Notes under the pieces: generated by a model | Database searches by the model: none | What the model was told of the DNA's origin: nothing | Seen by the model: only the letters and a program-made list of their open reading frames with translations | Made by a program: the position numbers and the translations under genes | Origin: Squalus acanthias | Taxonomy: Eukaryota | Length of the DNA stretch: 64,000 bases | Reading direction: 5' to 3' | Assembly: GCA_030390025.1 (NCBI GenBank) | Contig: CM059431.1 | Span: 98,766,001-98,830,000, forward strand | Part shown: positions 1 to 13,542 of the stretch, in pieces | Numbering within the stretch: position 1 is the stretch's first letter | Layout of the letters: every line of letters starts with the position of its first letter

Positions 1-50
1 ATTGAGTTCCAGCATATGGGAACCCATGACCCAATTCGTTTTTTCAGTCT

Positions 51-427
51 GTGCTGTAATGTAGGAAACGCATCAGCCAATTTGCACACAGCAAGCTCCC
101 ACAAACAGCAATGTGATAATGACCAGATAATATGTTTTTTGTTATGTTGATTGAGGGATAAATATTGGCCAGGACACCAGTGATAACTCCCCTGCTCTTC
201 TTCGAAATAGTGCCTTGAGATCTTTTACGTCCACCTGAGAGAGCAGACGGGACCTCAGTTCAACACCTCATCCGAAAGACGTCAGCTCCGACAGAGCAGC
301 GCTCCCTCAGCACTGCACTGGAGTGTCAGCCTAGATTTATGTGCTCAAGTCCCTGGAGTGGGACTATGAACCCACAGTCTTCTGACTCAGAGGCAAGTGT
401 GCTACCAACTGAGCCACAGCTGACACT
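51..427 (-). mobile_element. tRNA-derived Deu-domain SINE (SacSINE1-like)
   Basis: Head tggctcagttggtagcac..gggttca, central ctctcaggtggacgtaaaagatc..gaagaagagcagggg block, L2-like tail. Confidence 0.8.
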
Positions 428-1760
428 GTGAAGCCAGGGTTTATCTTTGTATTCCAGAACGATTCTGGAATAGTGAGCAGTTTTGGCAGATGAGAGCAAG
501 ACCCGATAATGCTTTATGTGGTCCAGCCAGATCTGGCGGTGAATGGCTAAACCAGTTGGCCACCATATCCGTTCAAGTCTGCGTCCCTTGGATTTAAGGG
601 AGCGAAGATGAGGGCCGTACCAAGGGGAATGGCCAGGGTGGGAGAGAGTAAATGTTTTACTAGGGACTAGGGCATCCAAGGTGGTGGTGAGGGTGTGGTT
701 GAGCAGATCGGTAGCTGCAGAAATGTCATGGTGAATGGACGGCCAAAGGCTGGACAGTTGGGATTTCATAAGTGCAGTTGTAAGAGAATTGGGAGAGACA
801 TTTTTCCCGGGGCGGACACAGAAGGAAGTAGGGCTGGGGGGGAGAAGGGGAATGTGGGTGGAGAGCGATACGAGGAAGTGGTCAAAGATGGCCTTATCTG
901 CGATTGACACGATGGGAGTAGCGAGGCCACGAGAGATGGCAAGGTCGAGTGGGTGGCCATGAATATGGGTTGGAGAGTACATGGAGGAAGAGATTAAGGG
1001 AAGATAGGAGGGTAGTGAACTCAGAGGAGAGAGAGCATGATGAATTGAGATGGAGGTTGAAATCACCGAGGATGAGAAGTCGCTCGGTGTAGAGGCTGAG
1101 GGAGGAAAGCAGTGAAGATATCTTGGTAATAAAATGTTTATGGTACTTGGGTGGGCAGTAGAGAATGAGAATTTTAAATGAGAGGTGAGAGGGGTGGAAT
1201 AAGGTGAGATGCTCAAAGGAGGAGAAAGTGCCGGAGGAGTAGGGGGTCAGACCAAGGTGTGATTTGGTGAGGAGAGCCACACCGCCACCACGGTGGTCTG
1301 AGCGGGGCAAGTGGTGGAAGGTATAGCCAGCAGGGGAGGCTTCATTTAAGGGTAAGGTGTCATCACCCCTCAACCAAGTTTCCGTCAGGGCCATGATGTC
1401 GATGCAATCATCCACGATAAGCTCATGGATGGCAACAGCCTTGTTCGCAAGTGAACGGACATTCTGGAGGGAGATGCGGAGAGTGTCGGTGTTGGCTGAC
1501 CCACTGCCAACGTCCACTGGGTCAGTGCTGGGAGGGGTGAGTTGGACGGGGAGCAGAATGGCAAGATTAGCCCCAATGGGCGCGCTGGGCGGGGAAGGTC
1601 GGCGAGAGTGTAGAATGGGACAGTTGGTGTTGCTGCTCGTGATGAGGCAGCGACGAGTGCCACGGTGGAGGATGCCAAGAGAGGCACAGAGGGAAGCTGT
1701 AGGCTTATCTAAGAGGGAGTCAAGCCTGGGATGGCGGCAGGAGAGTAGGAAGGTCTTTCT
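428..1760 (-). mobile_element. L2-clade LINE, APE endonuclease region (RT part missing)
   Basis: Overlapping frameshifted ORFs 894-1808 and 326-1216: QNVRSL..K, ALTETWL, GGGVA, ILGDFN, GHPLDL, DHF, SPWY. Confidence 0.88.
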
Positions 1761-2107
1761 TTTAATTATTCGTTCACGGGATGTGGGCGTCGCTGGCAAG
1801 GCCGGCATTTATTGCCCATCCCTAGTTGCCCTTGAGAAGGTGGTGGTGAGCCGCCATCTTGAACCGCTGGAGTCCATGATATTGAAGGATTGGGGTAGGG
1901 ATTTGGGAGGGCAGAGTATCAGAGAGAGGAGAGATGAAAGGAAGCATGACGACAGGAGAGAGCGGTTAGGGAGGGATAGATAGAAAAGGAAAAGGGCAGG
2001 GGGAGAAAAAAGTGGAAACAGAAGTGAACGGCTTGGGTCCGGAGCGGCAGCCAAAATGCGCTCGTGAATGGACACAGGGAAAAACTCAGGTTACATAGGA
2101 CTAGTTA

Positions 2108-3360
2108 TAAGAACATAAGAAATAAGAGCAGGAGTAGGCCATATGGCCCCTCGAGCCTGCTCTGCCATTCAATAAGATCATGGCTGATCATCGACCTCAA
2201 CTCCACTTTCCCGCCCGATCTCCATCTCCCTTGATTCCCCTAGAGTCCAAAAATCTATCGATCTCAGCCTTGAATATACTCAACGACTCAGCACTCACAG
2301 CCCTCTGGGGCAGAGAATTCCAAAGATTCACAACTCTCTGAGTGAAGAAATTCCTCCTCATCTCAGTCTTAAATGGCCGACCCCTTATCCTGAGACTATG
2401 CCCCCTAGTTCTAGACACTCCAGCCGGGGGAAACAACCTCTCAGCATCTACCCTGTCAATCCCCTTCAGAATCTTGTAAGTTTCAATGAGATCACCTCTC
2501 AATCTTCTAAACTCCAGAGAGTATAGGCCCATTCTACACAACCTCTCATCATAGGACAGCCCTCTCATCCCAGGAATCAATCCCAGGAACCTTCGTTGCA
2601 CCGCCTCCAAGGCAAGTATATCCTTCCTTAGATAAGGAGACCAAAACTGTGCACAGTACTCCAGGTGTGGTCTCACCGAGGCCCTGTACAATTGTAGCAA
2701 GGCTTCCTTACTCTTATACTCCAACCCCCTTTTAATAAAGGCCAACATGCCATTTGCCTTCCTTATTGCTTGCTGTACCTGCATGCTAGCTTACTGTGTT
2801 TCTTGCACGAGAACACCCAAATCTCTCTGAACAACAACATTTGAAAGTTTCTCACCATTTAAAAAATATTCTGTTTTTCTATTCTTTCTACCAAAGTGAA
2901 TAACCTCACATTTCCCTACATGATACTCCATCTGCCACCTTACTGCCCACTCACTTAGTCTATCTATATCCCTTTACAGACTCTTTGTGCTCTCCTCACA
3001 GCTTACTGTCCCACCTGGCTTTGCATCATCAGCAAACTTGGATACATTACACTCGGACCCTTCATCTAGGTCATTAATATAGATTGTAAATAGCTGAGGC
3101 CTCAACACTGATCCTTGCGGCACCCCACCAGTTACAGCCTGCCAACCTGAAAAAGATCCGTTTATCCCTACTCTCTATTTTCTGCCCATTAACCAATCCT
3201 CTATCCATGCTAATATATTACCCCCAATCCCATCAGCCCTCATCTTGCATAGCAACTTTTTATGTGGCACCTTATCGAATGCCTTTTGGAAATCCAAATA
3301 TACTACATCCACTGGTTACCCTTTATCTACCCTGCTAGTTACATCCTCAAAAAACTCTAA
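2108..3360 (-). mobile_element. CR1 LINE 3' fragment
   Basis: ORF 2197-2784, RT motifs upstream to ~3360, (TTCTTATG) tail. Confidence 0.93.
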
Positions 3361-4059
3361 TTATGTAGCAATTAATGGGATACATATTTCTTGGTAGTAG
3401 CAGGGAATAAGTTGGAGACAATAGTAGGGAGACTAGAGTGAAAGTCAAAGGTCCCATGGAGCGATACAGTTGATGTAGGTAGGATGGAGTCAGCACAGAG
3501 CATCGATGAACTGTTGTCCAAGTTCGGAGACAGGTGTAGCAGGCGAGTGAAGTCCAGAAGCTATTTGAAGGCTAGAGAATTGTAGGATAAAGGTTATTGC
3601 TGTAGGAATGAGAATCGGTTGCGCTGCAGAAAGATGATGGCGAAATTGACGCAAGTTGGAGGTTACTGTAGATCAAAAGCAGCAGAGAAAATGTAAAACC
3701 GCAAGCCAGTGACCAGCAAAGCTGAAAAAACCAGTAGAACGAGTCACTCGACAGCAGTGAAACAGCAGCTGCTATGATTAGAACAAGTTGATTGTACTCC
3801 CAACCCTGGCACTTTGAGCAGGGCTTGTGGACATTCGATCCGATCGGTGCGCCTGCCCACCTTCCCATTGTGAGGGGTAGTTGGGGCTCGTTAGCCTTGC
3901 TTGCAGCCCACCTAGGAGAAAATGCTCAGAAGATAGAAACCATGAGGAAGGCAACGGGAAACCATCCCAGCTAGTCTTCCTCAGTAAGTGGCTCCAGAAT
4001 CTCATGTCCGAGACTTGAGTTAGGAGCTGTCCTGGGGGCAGAACACAACGGAGATTGAC

Positions 4060-5597
4060 TATTCTTATGGTCTTTATTGAACCTCTTAACTATATTGTTT
4101 TGAAAGGAAATTTCTAACCAAGTCATTTAGTAACACTGAAAACAAGCTGTAAACAATTCATATTTATTTGCCGAACATGCTCCATAGATTTTGTACAATA
4201 GAAATTTTTTTTTAAATTAAAAAATTAAAGATCTTTCAATACATCTGTTTCTAGTCTGCCAGTTACCATAAGTTTCCTTACTATCCTTGCCCAGTACATC
4301 ACGCATGTCACATCAGTATAGATATCCTGAAATTCTTTTCTTCAATCTGATGTCCCAAGTGATTATTAATTTGTGCCTGAATTGCAATCGTACTCAGATA
4401 CTCTAATAAAACAAATGCCGACTGCAGGCCCTCAGGTTACGGACCTCAGTCACGTAATGAAACTCGGAGTCGCTCCTGAATCCTCAAGTTATCTTTTACC
4501 CTTCCACTACAGTTAACGTTCTGACACCGTGAGGCTTTGCTGCCCCAGAAAATAATATTAAGAGGATTGAAATTACAGTTCATAACAACAGCAGACAAAC
4601 ACTTAATGTATCTGTAGGACATTCCTCGGGCCACCGTTTTAACAAGCGTTTACTCATTTAAGTGCCTGCTTAGCAAACAGAGGGAACAGGTGCATACACT
4701 GAGCGGTTGTCTGCTATTATCTGCAACAGTAATTTCTGCCTTCAAGACTTCACTAGAAATCATTAAAGGTCAATTGAAACACAGGTGGAACAACAGTACA
4801 TTCCAAAATAAAAGAAATAAATGCAACTTCTTTCTTTACATTCCAAATGTAAACAATGAAAAAATGGCCCTGACTGATGCTACAGATCACTTCATAACTT
4901 GCCTTATTTAAAAAATCTTTCAAGTTTTGGGGAGATTCCTCTAAAACTAGCTTTGCAATTAGATACTATGTATTAAACATTTGTTTTTAAATCATTTTCA
5001 AAATTTTGATTTATTTCTATAAATTGCAGTGGATTTTAATCCATATTAACACAAGTTTCTAAGTGCAAACTCCAGCTAGGTTTTGTGTGCAACAACTGGA
5101 TTATGTCAATTTCTACATAAAATTAAATGGTGCAAGTGAGGTCTAGAAAGAGCCACAGCCCAAACAAACCGTGCAATTCTTAACTGGTGAAAGGTTAAAG
5201 TTGTTATTAAAAAATACAGCTGTGAAATGATTATTGAAGTGCAGTAGTTTAATGGTCAGCGTTTTGATCTTCAATCGGGTCCCAAGTTCTGGAGAATTCA
5301 CATAGCATCCATCACAGTCGTAAATTAATTGGTCGCTCAGTAGAATTTACTTTTAATGTGCAGTGTGGCCAAGGATTGCAATCTGCTGTAATCACACTTT
5401 GTATATTTGTGCATCAGCTTAGCCCATTTGCTAGTCAGAGGTTGTGTGATTGAGTCCCACATTGAGCGCATTATCTATTTTGGGTTGTTCTCGACATGAA
5501 AGGCACTACCTGTATATAAACACTAGTACTGTATTATGTTATTCTTTTCCATCTTCTCTTGGCTATGCTCAGATTTCACCTGCATTCTTCAGAAGTC
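4060..5597 (-). other. GRAMD1C: Probable GRAMD1C 3' UTR with candidate polyadenylation signals
   Basis: AT-rich sequence without obvious repeats downstream of the stop; minus-strand AATAAA at 4163-4168 and 4073-4078; true end unknown. Confidence 0.5.
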
Positions 5598-5672
5598 CTA
5601 TCTGCTGGGGATCTTCACGGTCTGGTTTTGTAGTTCAAAATTTTTCTGAATCGCTGCGAGTGAACTTTTCAA
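5598..5672 (-). CDS. GRAMD1C: GRAMD1C terminal coding exon
   Basis: ttacag|LKSSLAAIQKNFELQNQTVKIPSR*(TAG at 5598-5600); LKSSL..QK.F matches the family C-terminus. Confidence 0.94.
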   Translation of the reverse strand: MKSSLAAIQKNFELQNQTVKIPSR

Positions 5673-6812
5673 CTGTAAATGAGAAAGAAAACAAAAATTG
5701 AATGGACAAATACTCTTCCTGGACATAAGCACCCACAACTGACTTCAGAAGCCCAAGTTTTCAAGTGGCTGTTAATTTACCCACAAGTATTTGATGAACG
5801 ATCATACTTGCTACAAGTTGGCCTGTAGAAGTATAGTTTCTGCTGTGGGCTATTTTCAGCGCACTGTGGGTTCCTTTCAGCGCTATCCTGTGACTCAGTC
5901 AAAATAATGCAGGCAGGAGTTTACCTGAAAATGTTAACCATTGCGTTATAGAGGAAATTAATCCCACTAGAGACTGTCAGGTGGGCATTTTAAATCCTTG
6001 TTTCAAAACTGACCCACTCACCGAGGCTGCATATTAAAGCTCATCACATTAATAGCCCAGGAAATGCGAGAATTGAAAAAAAAACTTGGCTGGGAATTTC
6101 TTCGGCGTTGGCCCCACTCCCATAACTTAGTCGGAGATGCAGCGAAAACCCCCAAAGTTATGGCAGCGGGAACTGAGGAAATTCTTACTGATAACACTAG
6201 AAATAAAATGACAAACTTACTTTCATTTCTGAATGCAGACAATTCAAATTCAGATTTTTAACTAAATTGAACAGTTTTTATAAGCAGAATACTTCACTGA
6301 CTTTGTAATTGTTTTTATTTTCACTTGAGGAGGTTCACATTTTATTTCTAACTCCTATTACTTATGACTTATTTAACTTGAGATAATAAAAATACTATTT
6401 TTGTAATAATATAAATTATAATTGCATATTGGATTTTATGAATCGTTTCTAATATCAAAGCACTTAAAATGGCAAATGATAAAAAGTAATCAAGATAACT
6501 TTAAAACAAAATGCTTAGTGTCCCAGTTGGGAGACACGCTTAATGACAGCAGGTCAGAGAGGAGATTAATGTAGCCCTATCGTGGCCTGGGCTCCTGTGC
6601 AAGAATGCTGAATTTACCCCGTATTTCAAAAGGAACTGCAACCAGATTTAATAGTAAGTTTTTTCCCCCCAATACCTTTTCTTTTACTAGCACAGCTCTA
6701 TGCCTCGCAACAATCAGCATAAGCTGCATCTCCCTGATTATGGACCAGTCGGGGAGTACCTTTACGCATGAAATTTACAGACCTCTTCAAAAATGCTTCC
6801 TGTTCATAGTAC

Positions 6813-6918
6813 CTGCTCTAAAAGTAAAATGGAATTATTGATCATCGTCCGCAGTCGTTGAAGTTCGGCATTATTCTTGTGTTTCGCTTCCTGCTTTGTT
6901 ATCGTCTCTTGATCCAAA
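6813..6918 (-). CDS. GRAMD1C: GRAMD1C coding exon (luminal helix)
   Basis: ccacag|LDQETITKQEAKHKNNAELQRLRTMINNSILLLEQ|gtacta; 106 nt, phase 2/0. Confidence 0.92.
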
Positions 6919-7455
6919 CTGTGGGAAATAGGAAAATAATACTGTCTCAGCGAAACTCGAAGAGGTTTTCAGGATATGTTTTTAAAACCAGATGCAAGAG
7001 CATGCTGAATGGCACAAATAGAACTATAGTACCTTGTGTGAACCGTCTTACACAGTGCCGCAATGGCTTGAGCCTGGCCTCCCTCCATCAGGGAGATGTG
7101 TCATTGCCATATTTATTGCTTGTGCTTGGGCATGAATGTGATCCAGTGAACCTGATAGCTGCTCATGTATAGATGAAGTGTTCCCTGCCTCTACAGTTTC
7201 TTGTCTAGGTGTCTTTGCTAGATGAAACGAATTGCCATACTTAGTCTGTACTGGAAAATTCACCAGGGAATCCTCTAGTGGCGATTAAATTCGACCCAGT
7301 CTTGGGACTATGAAACCTGATACAGCCTATCCAGTCTAGGGAAGATTGTAACTGATTGTGGCAGGTTCTCCCATACTGCTTTAGCTGGTAATCACGGTTA
7401 TAAATTTCAGGTCTGCACTTGGGTTTAGTGTGACTGGTTTCTCCTGCCTCCGTAA

Positions 7456-8046
7456 CGTGCCTCAGCTCATCCGCTGCTGAAACCCTCATCCATGCCTTTG
7501 TTACCTCTAGACTTGACTATTCCAATGCACTCCTGGCCGGCCTCCCACATTCCACCCTGCGTAAACTTGAGGTCATCCAAAACTCGGCTGCCTGTGTCCT
7601 AACTCGCACCAAGTCCCGTTCACCCATCACCCCTGTGCTCGCTGACCTACATTGGCTCCCGGTTAAGCAGCGCCTCGATTTCAAAATTCTCATCCTTGTT
7701 TTCAAATCCCTCCATGGCCTCGCCCCTCCCTATCTCTGTAATCTCCTTCAGCCCCACAACCCCCGTGATATCTACGCTCCTCTAATTCTGCCCTCTTGAG
7801 CATCCCTGATTATAATTGCTCACCCATTGGTGGCTGTGCCTTCTGCTGCCTAGGTCCTAAGCTCTGGAATTCCCTGCTTAAACCTCTCCACCTCACTACT
7901 TCTCTTACCTCCTTTATGACGCTCCTTAAAACCTACCTCTTTGACCAAACATTTGGTCACCTGCCCTAATTTATCCTTAAGTGGCTCGGTGTCAAATTTT
8001 TTGTCTTATAATACTCCTGTACAGTGCCTTGGAACGTTTTACTACG
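7456..8046 (+). mobile_element. L2 LINE 3' fragment
   Basis: AETLIHAFVTSRLDYSNALLAGLP...LHWLPVKQRLDFKIL...LKTYLFDQ. Confidence 0.9.
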
Positions 8047-8076
8047 ACACTTCTGACTTTATGGGGCACCACTTAC

Positions 8077-8196
8077 CTAAGACTCAGTTTTTCAGATGTT
8101 CTTATCTTGTTCGATAAATAAACCTTTTGGGCCACATCTTCTATGTTCAAAAGTTTAAAAAACAGGCCTAAATTCAACAAGGCTAGGATAAAGAGA
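8077..8196 (-). CDS. GRAMD1C: GRAMD1C coding exon (ER transmembrane helix)
   Basis: tttcag|LFILALLNLGLFFKLLNIEDVAQKVYLSNKIRTSEKLSL(S)|gtaagt; 120 nt, phase 2/2. Confidence 0.93.
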
Positions 8197-9159
8197 CTGA
8201 AATATAAAAGAATTGAATTAGTTGTACAGCTCCAAAGGGTGGGTTCCAGCACACCAGCTGTTCTTGGAAAGAAAATGGACTGTACTACTTGGAAAAAACA
8301 TTCTTTTAATTTTATTTACAAAAATACTTAATATTTCTGCTTACAGATAATTAACTCACAAAATACAATTAATACAACTTCCTTCCATTTGTACAATGCT
8401 CCAAATGTTCTCTGAAAAATACGATTATCAGTTTTGAAGAGTCTTCATTTTTGAATGAAACAAACATTTACGATACACTACACATGTATGTTCAGGATGG
8501 CAATCGGAAGAACCACCACAGACATAATCACTTTAGATTGATTGGGATATTGACTTCAGGTAGCCAGACACAGCTTCTTGTGATGCCTACATAGAATGTA
8601 CAGCACAGAAACAGGCCATTCAGCCCAACTGGTCCGTGCCGGTGTTTATGCTCCACACGAGCCTCCTCCCACCCCTCTTCATCTCACCCTATCAGCGTAA
8701 CTTTCTATTCCTTTCTCCCTCATGTGTTTATCTAACTTCCCCTTAAATTGCATCTATGCTATTCATCTCAACCACTCCCTGTGGGAGCGAGTTCCACATT
8801 CTCACCACTCTCTGGGTAAAGAAGTTTCTCCTGAATTCCCTATTGGATTTATTAGTGACTATCTTATATTTATGGTCCCTAGTTTTGGTCTCTCCCACAA
8901 GTGGAAACATCTTCTCTACGTCTACCCTATCAAACCCATTCCTAGTTTTAAAAGACCTCTATTAGTGCCTTGTTAATCTGCGTTGCCACTTTTAATGGTT
9001 CAGACCAAGCTCTGCTGAATCCTGAAAACAAATAGTACGCAACATGTGACGGTACAAGAAGAAAGCATCTTCTCTTATTTGCACTTTCACATTGGGTCAG
9101 GCTTCCTCACAAACCAACTTGTGAATGTGGAACAGTAATGCAGATATGTTGAACACTTA

Positions 9160-9398
9160 GGGCTGGATTTTGGTTGGGGTCGGGTTACCCACATTTCGTG
9201 TTGCCCCCCCGACTCCAGATTAATGTGGATGAATGATGGAATTTTCACTTAATTGGGTAATTGAGTTCCAGCATGTGGGAACCCATGAACCAATTAGTGG
9301 TTTCAGTCTGAAAGTCGCCTCTGATGATGTCATCATTGCAGGTCAGAGACTGCCTGCCTGGCTTTTGGTGTGAGAGGACCAGGATGCAAAATGAGCAG

Positions 9399-9432
<34 letters not shown>

Positions 9433-9819
9433 TTACTACCTTCATCACAATACTACTACTACCTTCATCACATCTCCGTTGTAATAGTTAACCTGCAGCT
9501 GATAGTCAGCTATCCACTTCTGCTCCCGCCAGGTTTCACTGGCGTGTTTCACATCAGGCGTATTTCACGTCGGAAAAGGGTTAAACTAGCTAAAACGTTT
9601 CAAAATGGCATTACAGAGCCAATTTAGGGCTTGTTAAGGGCTTTAATGGCCTCTCCCGGCTCTTGGAGGCGGGACAGAGTCGGGAACCCCGCGACCGATT
9701 TTGTCAAAATTGCGTGGAGGCGTGTTGGAGTCGGGATGGGGTCGGGACCCCCGAATCTGCTATTTTAACCCCTCACACGCCTCCAAACCCGACTCCACGG
9801 GTCATTCAAAATCCAGCCC
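9160..9819. mobile_element. PIF/Harbinger-type MITE
   Basis: Perfect 12-bp TIR gggctggatttt / aaaatccagccc, TTA TSD on both sides; related sequence at 1-51 and the same TIR at ~50926. Confidence 0.85.
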
Positions 9820-9822
9820 TTA

Positions 9823-11551
9823 AGGCCGTGATTTTACTAACCTTGGCAGGTCGGTGGCGGGCGATGTCGGTGGCGGGTCCCGACCCCGCTGCTGGCTTCA
9901 ACCCGCTCTTTGAAATGAATTTCCCCTGATGGGGTTTGTTAAGCCTGCCCAGCGCGTTTCCCGGCCAATTAGAGGAAGCGGGTCTGGTGACATCATTCAT
10001 GACGTGTCATCAGCCGGTTTCCTTAAAGGGACCATGGCCACCTTTATTTTGACATTTGTGCTGTCAGTGTTCTACAGCATTGAGGTGCTGCAAACACTGA
10101 CAATGACTACACAGAGGAGCAGGGCTGCACCCAGGTTCTTCCATGACTCCCTCAGGGAGTCACAGCACGCAGGGAGGTCCTCTTTTCTTCCGATAGGCGG
10201 AAGACACCTCCCCAGGACACCAACACAGCCTGGTTGCACATTGGACCAGAGGGCACAAGCAAGGATGTCGTCAGGAGGACCTCGGTGCAGTGGTGCAATG
10301 ATCTCATTAGATCATGAAACGTTAGTACAAAGCCACACTCACCTTCATCCTCCTGTGCCTCTCATCACACCCCCATCACTCTGCCTTCCCTACCCTACCT
10401 CTGCACATCCTTACTCACACCAACTTACCTTGCACATCCACCCATCCCTCTCTCTATCTACATTATCACATCCCCATCTCACTAGCCACCCCTCACACTC
10501 ACCCTCATCCTAGTGCACTCATACCAACTAACAACACACAAGGGTAGGCACTTGGGTGTTTTAACCAATGTTCATGTAAAGTTTCTGTTAATGTGCTGTC
10601 AAATACTGAAACCTTTATTTTCAACACTTTACGTTCTTGGACAGATCTGTGTGCACCTTTGGAAGTGGCTTAGTGAGTTGCAGTGAATGGTGAGACATAA
10701 CGGTACCCCTCCTATGGTGGTGAATGTGAAAGGAATGGCTTGGACATTGTAGGGATGCTTTATGGTGTTGGTATGTGGTGGTGCCAACCTGGCGCATCAT
10801 GTGGCAGCCAGGGTGTACAGCATCAAGTAAAGTAAATCTGGCCATGGTGAGGACATCCCTGGCGGCAATGTGCTCGGGTGCTGATGCCCTCTGTCCTGTG
10901 CAGCATCAGCTGATTGCGGAGAAGGTTGGTGTTGTTGTTGGTGCTGCTGGTGTGCCTGGTGCTGTTGGTGTTGGGGCTGATCGTGGTCGGATTCTGAGGA
11001 CCAAGGTGAGACAGTATAAAGGGCACCCATGTTGATGGAATAGATAGCAGGTGAACTAGAGATGACAGAAGCATTCTGTCAATGGTGAGAGAGTTGTTCC
11101 AATGAGGTGACACTAGATGGAGAGTGGAAAGTGGAAAGCCTGCAGAATCTGTGCTGGAAATGGACTGAGAAACAGCTTGTGGCTGAGGAAAGTGAAGATC
11201 TGTCAGGTGGGAGCTTTTACTGTACATTTGAAGCTATCAACTCATCAGCTGGAGCAATGGCCACTGAACTCCCGCCTCAGGTTGACAGCCGTGGTCCCCG
11301 AACAGCGTGGTTCCCATGGCCATGAAGTCAAAGTGAAAAGGTAAGTTTAAAAAGTCTGTTAAGCATCTGTCAACCAGATGTTAATGAGATTAATTGTGTC
11401 CCCTACCGCTGCCTGTCTGGTCTGCTCAGCGCTGACAGACCCGACATTGGGAAAGGCGCGTGGCGGGGTCCCGACCCGCTGTCAAAAAAAAACACTTTCC
11501 CACCCGACCCGCCACCGAACGCGCCCGCTGACCCCCCGCAAAATTTCTGCT
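9823..11551. mobile_element. Non-autonomous Harbinger derivative with Myb/SANT-like remnant
   Basis: Degenerate RAAPRF...TNTAWLHI...VVRRTSVQWCNDL on the + strand at ~10120-10310; GC-rich subterminal inverted sequence; imperfect TIRs. Confidence 0.65.
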
Positions 11552-13295
11552 GCCAAAATAATGGCGAGTTTAATGGCATAAGCTAACCTACAGGGTACTG
11601 AGGTAACTGTGCACAATTTTGCAGGGTCAGGTCATTTGAATAGTTAGGATAAGCTCCCAGAACTGTTCTGGCCTTGTGTCAGCAGATAAGTTAATGATGA
11701 TGCACAAAATCTGTCCAGTGGCTCAAATTTAATGGGATGTGTGCACTTAAAGGTAAGTGGCTGCAGATAAGGGAAAATATTATTTCAGTCTTTACAAAGT
11801 TTCAAAATTAATTTTACATATTTGTCAGCCTTTGCCAAACCAGTAGGGGAGGGTGAGAGCAAAGAATGCGAGGCGAAAGTAAAGTGAAAGAAAATGCAAA
11901 GCTGAGGTAGAAAGCAGAGTCTGTGGGCACCTAGATGGCTGGCCATGTGGATTTGCTGCTGTATGAGGTAGATACGAGAATGGTTGCCCTGTTTGGCATT
12001 TCCGGGCTTCCTCCCCAGAGAACAGCATGACACCTTGTCTATTAGGAGGTGGCAGACAGGCTCAATAGTCTGTACAGTACCTGGGTGTCATCTGCTATAC
12101 CATGTTCACTTCGGAACCCTGGGAAATGCGTGCTTTCTTCGGCTGCTGTCTCTTTCCCATCGCTCATGTTGCATCAGGACCTCTGTCACTTGCTTGATGC
12201 ATCTGCACAGCTAACAGCCTAATGAAGAGTCTTGGGACCTTTTACTGTGTTAAAAGGTGCTATATAAATGTAAGTTGTTCTTGTTGTTGTTGATGTGAGA
12301 CAATCACCTGTGGTGGCTCGGAAGGATCCGGCGCTGCTAATGAATGGCCACAGGAAAAGCTGTCTCTGTGGTACAAGCTGTCTGCAGGAGAAGGCATAGC
12401 TGTGTAACGGCCCCTTTGTGAAGTGGAGATGCTGAAGACATGCCAAGGAAGGGCTGTCTGAGTCAGTAAAGATGTACCTTTCTGTCCCCTCTAGAACTGC
12501 TCACCCTCCTCCAAACTTGGGAGTGCCATTGGAACCTCAAAAGAATTCCCATCCTCACAATAAGGTAGTTGCAAGCAAAGTAGCAACTGAAAGCAAGAAG
12601 GATGGATTTGTAAATAAAACATTTTACAATACAAAAATGTGAAAAATTTCTGCAGGCCTAGCAATCTATGCACTTCTGTGCCATATCAAATGCATACACC
12701 TCACTATCAGCAGGGAAGCAGCGAGACAGTTGCAAGGCGAGAACCATTTACATATTCTTGCTACCTGTAACGAGGCTTGTACTGACCAACAGATCAGCAT
12801 CCAAAAAGCTGCCTTTTTAATTTGCCGCAAAATGTAGTGGGGTGCTAATTGGGCATAGGACGCTGCACCTCCAGTCTTGCAACCCATGCTCACAACCAGC
12901 GAGAGTCTACGCTGGTTCCGTAGGCAACGATTGCGCTTTGTGCCTTGCCTCAGTGGTCATTATTGATATGCAAGTCTCGACAGTAGCATTAGCAGGCTAT
13001 TGGATTATGCTGGAGCATCACAACAGTGCCTAAAAATTAGATTAAGATAGATGAAAAATGGGAAGCCTGTGCCTGAATTCCTGATACATACTCCCTTAAG
13101 GGCGAGGCTCCCCACCGGGAGCAACATTTTGTAAAATCGACCCTAATGTGTCTACGATCTGCTGACTATTTTACACCTGCCTCCCAATCTTTGGAGGAGT
13201 TGCCCTGATAGTAACTCAATTAGGTCTGAAGTCTTTAGCTGTTCACATGGTGTTCCTGCAAAAATGTTTTGAAAAGTCTTTCAAAATGTACTTAC

Positions 13296-13374
13296 ATAGC
13301 ACTCATGGTCAACACGAGCTTTGAAAGGTTCCAATTCTGCATTACTGGTTTATTTTCCAAATTATTTCCTCTAT
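13296..13374 (-). CDS. GRAMD1C: GRAMD1C coding exon (start of TM segment)
   Basis: ttgcag|DRGNNLENKPVMQNWNLSKLVLTMSA(I)|gtaagt; 79 nt, phase 1/2. Confidence 0.9.
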
Positions 13375-13542
13375 CTGCAATAAAAATAACAAAAATAGCA
13401 CAATTGTAAAATAATGCCAACATTTGGCCCAGAAGTTTCAGCAGGAAGTGCAGAACAGCAAAACTTCCACCCACCAGACTGGCCTCAACACAACCCCATC
13501 CCAAATTAGGTCATTTAAACATGAGGGTTGGGTGCACACGGC

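Noticed and set aside
6221-6360. Donor-like gtaagt on the minus strand near 6220
   Set aside because: No convincing open frame or acceptor, and the flanking exons already join in frame
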